64,000 bases of DNA. It comes from Candidatus Omnitrophota bacterium. GTDB taxonomy: Bacteria; Omnitrophota; Gorgyraeia; B26-G9. The notes below the pieces were generated by a model. The model searched no databases, was not told where the DNA came from, and worked only from the letters and a program-made list of their open reading frames with translations. The stretch spans positions 30,951 to 94,950 of the forward strand of contig JACQZH010000007.1 of NCBI GenBank assembly GCA_016213925.1. Reading direction: 5' to 3'. The position numbers were made by a program, and so were the translations under genes. Below are positions 1 through 6,649 of this stretch, in pieces; positions within the stretch are counted from its first letter, which is position 1; every line of letters begins with the position of its first letter.

Positions 1-263
1 ACAAGTGCCAATGAGAAGCAGATGGATTTGTTTGAGACAAATAAGATCAGTGATTCTTAGTGATTGGGAAAATGCTGAGCAAATCTTCAGCCCCTGTAAT
101 GGCGCCTTTTAAAAAGCCTTCAACATCGTTGCCCAGAAAAACACGGACAATCTGAAGAAAACCTATAGTTATGTGGTGGGGGTTTTGGAGATGAGAAAAA
201 TAATCATGCTCTTCTTAGTCAAGTTGTAACTATAAACACCTGTTTAGTAAATATTGAATTAGT

Positions 264-291
264 TTGACAATACATCCTAAAACTATATAAT
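264..291 (+). promoter_or_regulatory. sigma70-like promoter: TTGACA (264-269), 16-nt spacer, TATAAT (286-291). ATG at 298 lies about 7 nt after the -10, implying a leaderless transcript.
   Basis: Hexamers and spacing read directly from the sequence; no Shine-Dalgarno is possible in the 6 nt before the ATG. Confidence 0.4.
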
Positions 292-297
292 GTTGTT

Positions 298-774
298 ATG
301 AATTCAAAAACAAAAGAATTATTAGCCTATCTTATTGAACATCATACCAAGGCTTCTGTTACAGTTCTAATGAAGTTATCTTACCTGATTGATCTAGTGA
401 GTACCAAGCGGGGTAAAGGGCAGATTTCCGACTTTACCTATAAGAGATATTTTTATGGCCCATTTGATGAACATATTTACCAAGCCCTTGCTTCATTGGT
501 AGAAGAAAATTTAGTACAAGGACAACCCGCATATAGTCCCGATGGGCAAGAGTTTATCACCTATTCTCGCGTTGGAGAAGAGAGTCCTTTACCTCTCCAG
601 CACTTGGATGATCAAGACATTGAAATCATTAATGATGTTTTAACCCAAGTCCAAGGATATGGGGCAAAAGCTCTCACCGATATTGCTTATAAAACTGTCC
701 CCATGAAGAAACTTGGCGCGACTCAAGGTGGATACGAAAATTTAAACGCCCAATTAAATTTGAACAGTGATTGA
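298..774 (+). CDS. Panacea-domain (DUF4065, SocA/GepA-like) protein, putative type II antitoxin.
   Basis: 158-aa ORF. Carries KLSYLIDLV ... YKRYFYGPFDEHIY, matching the Panacea/SocA signature (K-L-x-K-L-x-Y followed by aromatic-YGP-x-x-x-x-Y). Confidence 0.6.
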   Translation: MNSKTKELLAYLIEHHTKASVTVLMKLSYLIDLVSTKRGKGQISDFTYKRYFYGPFDEHIYQALASLVEENLVQGQPAYSPDGQEFITYSRVGEESPLPLQHLDDQDIEIINDVLTQVQGYGAKALTDIAYKTVPMKKLGATQGGYENLNAQLNLNSD

Positions 775-1276
775 CTTTCCTGACGACATATTAATTTCTA
801 TCATACAACCTCAAAACGCTCATTGCGATTTTACTTCTGTAGAACCGACAACTAATAAAAAGAAGAAGAAATATAAATTAGCCGGCAAAGTGATTCTTCA
901 GCCGTTAAATTTCTACCCGTTTTTTATTCTAACCTCGAATAAAAGTACTTGCCAAGAGTATTTAACCGTTTGCATTAAGCGAGAAGAATGGGCGGATAGA
1001 AATTCGACTCATCTTGCTGAAGAAAAGTCATATATCGATATAAAGAAAATAGAGACTTTGACCCAGGAAGAGATAATAGACAAAATGAGGGATCCTGACA
1101 ATGGGTTTCCTTGTATCGCAAAATTGTGCGATAAGAAATTTGAGGAAATAGCGGAGAAACGGAAGAACTTACATAAAGCGACCCGACTTTCATCCAAAAC
1201 ACAAGACATAATCAATGCAGCACTTTCAGAAGCAGATATAGCAAATAATATACTTAAAAATTTGTCCTTAGAATAA
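767..1276 (+). CDS. Hypothetical 169-aa protein overlapping the Panacea gene by 8 nt (ATGATTGA); candidate toxin partner (PanT-like) of unknown fold.
   Basis: ORF overlaps the upstream stop. Lys-rich, with no recognisable motif. Assignment rests on the operon arrangement with the Panacea antitoxin. Confidence 0.4.
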   Translation: MIDFPDDILISIIQPQNAHCDFTSVEPTTNKKKKKYKLAGKVILQPLNFYPFFILTSNKSTCQEYLTVCIKREEWADRNSTHLAEEKSYIDIKKIETLTQEEIIDKMRDPDNGFPCIAKLCDKKFEEIAEKRKNLHKATRLSSKTQDIINAALSEADIANNILKNLSLE

Positions 1277-1341
1277 AAATGTTTATTTTAGCAAGATTTT
1301 AAACGCAAAATTGAACAAAGAGCATAAAACAAGCTTCTGCA

Positions 1342-1536
1342 TTATTTAACTATATCTTCTCTAACATAAACCTCAAAAATCCCACTTCTTAAACGTATCT
1401 TAACTATCTGTGATTTTGGAATCCAGATTTTCCTACAATTCTCCACTAAAACAGCCTTATCTGTTTCCTTAAGTATGCGCACAGGAAACCATGCGTATTC
1501 TGATTTTCCAAACAAACGTCTAATAAGCCACGCCAT
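1342..1536 (-). CDS. Small hypothetical protein (64 aa), possibly a gene remnant.
   Basis: ORF only, adjacent to the HTH fragment on the same strand. Confidence 0.2.
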   Translation of the reverse strand: MAWLIRRLFGKSEYAWFPVRILKETDKAVLVENCRKIWIPKSQIVKIRLRSGIFEVYVREDIVK

Positions 1537-1538
1537 GG

Positions 1539-1808
1539 CTATTCCCCTCCTTTCTTTAAATAACTAAAGGCTTTTTTTACGGTTTTCTTACTAACATTCA
1601 GGCTTCTGGCTATTTGCTGGTAAGTCATGCCCAATAAGTGTAATTGGTTTGCTTTTTGAGCTATCTTTTGGTATAGAGGAATATTTTGGGCGGGTAATAT
1701 TTTGATGTGCGCGATGATTTCGGATGCACATTCGGCAGGCTCAGTGTGCCCGGCGGTCACGGTGCGAATTGGTTGCAACTGCGTCCGCCAAAAACAAAAA
1801 TCCCCCAA
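1539..1808 (-). CDS. HTH-domain protein fragment (resolvase/sigma-70 region-4-like C-terminal helix-turn-helix), likely a remnant.
   Basis: C-terminal LGMTYQQIARSLNVSKKTVKKA is a classic HTH. No catalytic domain is present, and the annotated start is buried in a terminator hairpin. Confidence 0.3.
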   Translation of the reverse strand: MGDFCFWRTQLQPIRTVTAGHTEPAECASEIIAHIKILPAQNIPLYQKIAQKANQLHLLGMTYQQIARSLNVSKKTVKKAFSYLKKGGE

Positions 1809-1831
1809 ATTCCCGGGGGATTTTTGTTTTT
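1790..1831. terminator. Bidirectional intrinsic-terminator-like hairpin (TCCCCC ... GGGGGA stem flanked by A-run and T-run).
   Basis: aaaaacaaaaaTCCCCCaaattcccGGGGGAtttttgttttt read directly from the sequence. Confidence 0.5.
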
Positions 1832-1957
1832 GAGGTGAGGTGGTGTGTTTATGATTCGGAAAGCAATTTACTTTTGAGTATAGTTTTGGTACAATTTATC
1901 GAGGTGAAGAGTGGAATATAACGCAAAGCCAAAAGCTAAAAAAGGTGGAGGCGGAAC

Positions 1958-2740
1958 ATGAATAAGCTAGGATGTATTAAGGATAAATTTGACGGCAGAG
2001 ATTATTTGATGCGGGCTTATTTGCCGGTTATGAAAATACCTAAGAAAATTGATTATACCGCTAAGTTTTCGCCGGTTAGGGATCAGGGCGATGAAGGTAC
2101 ATGTGTAGGCTTTGCCAGCACTGTCGGGATGAAGGAATACCAGGAATTGCTTGATTATGAAAAGTTGGTGGAGCTTTCGCCGCGGTTTGTTTATAGCGAA
2201 TGTAAAAAAATTGACGGTATGCCGCAAGCAGAAGGCACGACTATTCGCGCGGCAATGCAGGTGCTTGAAGATAAAGGTGTTTGCCGGGAAAATTTCTGGC
2301 CGTATCAGCCGCGTCAAAAGGACAAAGCTAAAAAAAACGCTGCTGCTGACGCTAAAAAATTTTGCATTAAAACATATGCACGAATACTTAACTTAAATGA
2401 ACTGCGTTTAAGTTTGGCAACAAAAGGGCCATGTGTTATCGGCGTTGAAGTTTTTGAAGGAATGATGGGCACTAAAACAGGGCTTGTGCCAATGCCTAAA
2501 AAAAATGAAAATACTTTGGGCGGGCACGCGATTTGCCCGGTAGGTTATGATGATACCAAGAAATTGGTTAAATTCAAGAATTCCTGGTCGGATAAATGGG
2601 GGCAAAAAGGTTATGGGTTTTTACCATATGCTTATATTGAAAACTATATGATGGATGCCTGGAGTTCTGTTGATATCGAGGACCCCAACCCGCTTACTTT
2701 GGCAAGTGTATTGAGTTACACTCAAGCGGTTAGCGTGTAG
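1958..2740 (+). CDS. Papain-family (C1) cysteine peptidase.
   Basis: VRDQGDEGTCVGFAS (catalytic Cys region), GGHAICPVGYDD (His) and NSWSDKWGQKGYGF (Asn/Trp region). Strong SD GGTGGAGG lies upstream. Confidence 0.8.
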   Translation: MNKLGCIKDKFDGRDYLMRAYLPVMKIPKKIDYTAKFSPVRDQGDEGTCVGFASTVGMKEYQELLDYEKLVELSPRFVYSECKKIDGMPQAEGTTIRAAMQVLEDKGVCRENFWPYQPRQKDKAKKNAAADAKKFCIKTYARILNLNELRLSLATKGPCVIGVEVFEGMMGTKTGLVPMPKKNENTLGGHAICPVGYDDTKKLVKFKNSWSDKWGQKGYGFLPYAYIENYMMDAWSSVDIEDPNPLTLASVLSYTQAVSV

Positions 2741-3196
2741 CGATTAGCGAATAGAAAAACAGGAGGGAAAAATTAGAAATATTTATATCGGAAATCCTGG
2801 GCTCTTTTTTAGGGTGGATATGTTTGTATCTTATTATTGTTCGCGTATCACCTAGCGCTCCAGTAGAATTGGAGACATTTGATGTGTTTCTACTAATTGG
2901 TGCATTCGTAGGAATGACGGGGTATGCCTACAAGATAGGAGAGAACATCGATAAATTAGTTGAAGCATACTCGAAGAAGATGGAAAACTTGATTTCTCCC
3001 AGCAAAAAGGATAAATAAAATGATCAATAGAATCTTTATTCACGGCATAACTTATCAAATAACAAGATATTGTAACCAGCTGTGCGGGATAAATGATGCG
3101 GCCTCAACTAAAATTTCTTGTCAAAGAAACTAAAACAAGATATTATAAACAATATCGTTCCGGAATATTTAAGAATAAAAATAAAAGGGAAAATTC

Positions 3197-4156
3197 GTGG
3201 AGAACAACGGTAAAATATTGTTAGTTGATGACGATGAGCAGCTTGTCGGGCTGATGCGGCAGAACTTGGAGCTGGAAGGTTATGAGATAATATGCGCTTA
3301 TGACGGGGATGAGGCTTTAGAAAAAGCGGAGCAAGTGCAGCCGGATATTATTTTGCTGGATGTTACCATGCCTAAAAAAACCGGTTTTGAGGTATGCCGG
3401 ATTTTGAAAGAACGGCCGCAAACACGGTTTACCCCTATAGTTCTTGTAACCGCGTTAGGCCGCAGAGAAGAAAAAATCAAGGGAATTGAATCCGGGGCAG
3501 ATGATTTTTTAAGCAAGCCGGTATCGCAGGAAGAATTGCTTGCCAGGATCAAATCATTGATAAAAGTAAAAAAGATGCACGAAGAATTAGAAGAGATAGA
3601 AAATATTCTTTATACCCTGATCAATATTATTGACGCAAAAGACGCTTATACGCGCAGCCACTGTGAACGCGTTACATCGCTTGCGGTTTTGTTGGCGCAG
3701 GAGCTTAAACTTTCAAATGAGCAGATTTCTTTGATCGAAAAAGCGGCTAAATTACATGATATCGGCAAGATAGGGATTCCTGAAAGTATTTTGAACAAAC
3801 CAGGGGCATTGACCGTAGAGGAATTTAATGTGATAAAACAGCATTCCGTTTTTGGGGAAAAAATTTGCGAGCCTTTACGTTCTTTGCGGCCTGTGCTTAA
3901 AATCATCAGGCACCATCATGAACATTTTGACGGCACGGGATATCCTGATGGGCTAAGCGGAGAAAAGATTCCGCTTGAAGCAAGAGTTATTGCCATTGCC
4001 GACGGATACGATGCCATGGCAACAAACCGTCCTTATCGCAACGCGCTGCTTCAGGCGGAAATAGTGGATATTTTACACGAAGGTTCGGGCAGCCAGTGGG
4101 ACCCGGACATTACCAAGGCTTTTCTTAAGATGATCGGGGAAAACATTTTCGAATAA
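3197..4156 (+). CDS. Response regulator with receiver (REC) + HD-GYP (c-di-GMP phosphodiesterase) domains, RpfG-like. GTG start.
   Basis: REC: LLVDDDE, IILLDVTMP, SKP. HD-GYP: HDIGKIGIP, HHHEHFDGTGYP. Confidence 0.85.
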   Translation: MENNGKILLVDDDEQLVGLMRQNLELEGYEIICAYDGDEALEKAEQVQPDIILLDVTMPKKTGFEVCRILKERPQTRFTPIVLVTALGRREEKIKGIESGADDFLSKPVSQEELLARIKSLIKVKKMHEELEEIENILYTLINIIDAKDAYTRSHCERVTSLAVLLAQELKLSNEQISLIEKAAKLHDIGKIGIPESILNKPGALTVEEFNVIKQHSVFGEKICEPLRSLRPVLKIIRHHHEHFDGTGYPDGLSGEKIPLEARVIAIADGYDAMATNRPYRNALLQAEIVDILHEGSGSQWDPDITKAFLKMIGENIFE

Positions 4157-4159
4157 CAA

Positions 4160-5632
4160 TTGATTAAAAGTATGGATAAAAGTTTCCATAAGAGGTTATG
4201 CGAACTTGCCTGTCAGCAATCAATAATTTTTCCGGTGGTGTTTTTCGTAGCGGTAGAGCTTAGCAGTGTTTATTGCCGGCCTGCTTTTTCAGAGACATGG
4301 TCTTCTGCGGCCGATTCGGGCAAATGGCGTCTTATCTGGCATGACGAATTTGATGGAGAAACTGTTGATGTTTCCAAATGGCGCATTGAGGATGCGGCGC
4401 TGATTAAAAATAATGAACTGCAATATTATACCCCGGAAGATGTTTACATAGAAAACGGAATGCTTGTCCTGCGCAGTCAAAAAAGATTTATGCGGGGCAG
4501 AGGATACACGTCTGGTTTAGTGGAAACATCCGGCAAGGTTGCTTTTAAATACGGCCGCGTTGAAGTCAGGGCAAAGCTGCCGAAGGGAAAGGGGCTCTGG
4601 CCCGCGCATTGGATGCTGCCGCAAAGCGGAAAGTGGCCTCCGGAAATAGACATCACAGAATTGATCGGACACTCGCCGAACACGGTGCATATGACTTTGC
4701 ACTGGGGGCAGCGGCCGGAGCATAAGTTGCGCGGTACTTCATTTAGCGGGCCGGATTTTTCTGGGGATTTTCATGTATTTGCCATAGAATGGCAGCCTGA
4801 TTACATCCGCTGGTTCATTGATGGAGAAGAACGTTTTTTTATCGATGAAAATATTCCGCAAGAGCCTTTTTACATAATTTTAAACACTGCCGTAGGCGGC
4901 AATTGGCCCGGCGCTCCGAATAGCGCGACAAAATTTCCGCAATTTCACCAGATAGATTATGTAAGAGTTTACGCAAAAGAGATACCCGGAAAATTTTTCC
5001 TTACGAGCGCGGCAAAAAACGGCAGCATTGAAATTTCCCCCCAACAGCAGCAATATGATTTTAACAGTAAAGTAACTTTAAAAGCAAAGCCGGCAATCGG
5101 ATATATTTTTAGCTGCTTTAGCGGAGATTGTTCCGCGGAATATGACACCGTAGAGATCGTGATGGATAAACACAAAACCATCAGCGCGGATTTTATCGCG
5201 GATCCAGATCCGCCGGAACTTCTTTCCGCGGGAAAGCCGGTTAAGGCATCATCGCAGGAAGCAGAAGATCTTGGTGCGGAAAATGCAGTGGATAGGGATA
5301 AAAACACCCGCTGGTCTTCCGCGTTTTCAGATCCGCAGTGGATACAGGTTGACTTAGGGCAGAAATACTTGATCGATTCTGTGCGTCTGAACTGGGAGGC
5401 TGCGTATGCGCGTGGGTTTGAAATACAGGTTTCTGATGACGGAAAAAAGTGGAATACCGTATATGGTGAACAGCAAGGCAAGGGGAGTACTCAGGAAATA
5501 ACACAGTTAAACGCGGCTGGCAGGTATGTTGCAATATACGGCATAGAACGCGCTACAGAATTCGGGTATTCTTTGTGGGAATTTGAGGTTTTTGGGCGGT
5601 TTATCGAAACAGCTTCTGCGCAGGAGCCTTGA
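4160..5632 (+). CDS. Glycoside hydrolase family 16 (laminarinase/beta-glucanase-like) with C-terminal F5/8 type C (discoidin/CBM32-like) domain.
   Basis: GH16 catalytic motif EIDITE within WPPEIDITELIG; WHDEFDG near the N-terminus. The C-terminus has NTRWSS ... WIQVDLG discoidin-like motifs. A signal/TM region is present. Confidence 0.85.
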   Translation: MIKSMDKSFHKRLCELACQQSIIFPVVFFVAVELSSVYCRPAFSETWSSAADSGKWRLIWHDEFDGETVDVSKWRIEDAALIKNNELQYYTPEDVYIENGMLVLRSQKRFMRGRGYTSGLVETSGKVAFKYGRVEVRAKLPKGKGLWPAHWMLPQSGKWPPEIDITELIGHSPNTVHMTLHWGQRPEHKLRGTSFSGPDFSGDFHVFAIEWQPDYIRWFIDGEERFFIDENIPQEPFYIILNTAVGGNWPGAPNSATKFPQFHQIDYVRVYAKEIPGKFFLTSAAKNGSIEISPQQQQYDFNSKVTLKAKPAIGYIFSCFSGDCSAEYDTVEIVMDKHKTISADFIADPDPPELLSAGKPVKASSQEAEDLGAENAVDRDKNTRWSSAFSDPQWIQVDLGQKYLIDSVRLNWEAAYARGFEIQVSDDGKKWNTVYGEQQGKGSTQEITQLNAAGRYVAIYGIERATEFGYSLWEFEVFGRFIETASAQEP

Positions 5633-5691
5633 CATAAAAAGAATATTTAATTAGAATGCGATATAAAAAAAGCGCGAAAGGGTTAGATTTT

Positions 5692-6114
5692 ATGATAAAG
5701 AAAACAAAGATGCATTCGCCGCGTTTACCAGAAGCAAAAGTAGCATTTTCCCGCGGAATTAAAGTGGAACTGGATAATAGAATCATGTTATTTATTTCAG
5801 GCACTGCCAGCGTAACAGCTGACGGCAGCACAGCCCATGCGGGAGATTTTCACGCCCAGGCAATACATACTTATAAAAACATAAACTCCTTACTCAAGAA
5901 AGAGAACGCTGCGTTTAAAGATATTGTTAAATTCACAATATACCTTAAAAACATGGATGACTATGAGAAGATGAATAATGCCCGCGACGAATTTTTTCAA
6001 AGCATGGGTTTGTCCCGGGAAGAATTTCCGGCAAGCACATGCGTTGAAGCGCGCCTTTGCAGGGAAGATCTTTTAGTTGAAATCGAGGCAATTGCAATAA
6101 GAAAAAAGAAGTAA
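5692..6114 (+). CDS. RidA/YjgF/TdcF family (reactive intermediate deaminase) protein. Start chosen at the internal ATG 5692, which has an SD; the longest ORF starts at 5656.
   Basis: Family-typical length. ISGTASV and the C-terminal CVEARL ... VEIEAIA pattern match RidA. Confidence 0.7.
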   Translation: MIKKTKMHSPRLPEAKVAFSRGIKVELDNRIMLFISGTASVTADGSTAHAGDFHAQAIHTYKNINSLLKKENAAFKDIVKFTIYLKNMDDYEKMNNARDEFFQSMGLSREEFPASTCVEARLCREDLLVEIEAIAIRKKK

Positions 6115-6183
6115 AAAAACTACTCCCATTCCTCCAGAGGGTTATTTCCCGCCAGAAAAGCTGAAATTTGTTCGATGTCGGTT

Positions 6184-6648
6184 TCATTGATAAGTTTCCG
6201 GGCGGCTGAATTTTTTCGCGAGAAAATCCGCGATGTCTTGAGCTTCATCCAGAGCAATCCAGGTAATTGCCTTTGCTTGTTCACGCAAGACAAGATTGTG
6301 CCATTGCGCTGCGGGTAATCTTAGAGAAGTGATTTTATCTAGAGGGTGGCATTCGGCGCATTTCTGCTTAAAAAGCTGTTCCGTATAATAAGCGTGAGTG
6401 TTGTTTATGTGAATTTTTATTTTGTCGGCATCTTTTTGGGAAAATCCATTTTTGTTTTTTCTGCGCATCCAATCTACTGTTTTATTCCAGCCGGTAGTTG
6501 TTTTTTTAATAACAAAAATTCTCTCTAATTTGTGGCATTTACCGCAAGTGTTTTCAAAGAGCGGAAAATTTTTATCCGCGTTTTTTGCTCCTGTGAGCAG
6601 GACAGAGAAGCAGAGAATGCTGATAATAAGAAGGTAAAATGGCTTCAT
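6184..6648 (-). CDS. Diheme c-type cytochrome with signal peptide.
   Basis: Two CxxCH motifs (CGKCH, CAECH) and an N-terminal hydrophobic signal. Confidence 0.6.
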   Translation of the reverse strand: MKPFYLLIISILCFSVLLTGAKNADKNFPLFENTCGKCHKLERIFVIKKTTTGWNKTVDWMRRKNKNGFSQKDADKIKIHINNTHAYYTEQLFKQKCAECHPLDKITSLRLPAAQWHNLVLREQAKAITWIALDEAQDIADFLAKKFSRPETYQ

Positions 6649-6649
6649 T

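Noticed and set aside
4289-5534. Several 60-170-aa minus-strand ORFs antisense to the GH16 gene. Analogous antisense ORFs occur inside fusA, glgP, mutS, mutL, the 986-aa gene and the kinases.
   Set aside because: They overlap strongly supported genes on the opposite strand and show low-complexity or Cys/Arg-rich translations typical of antisense frames.
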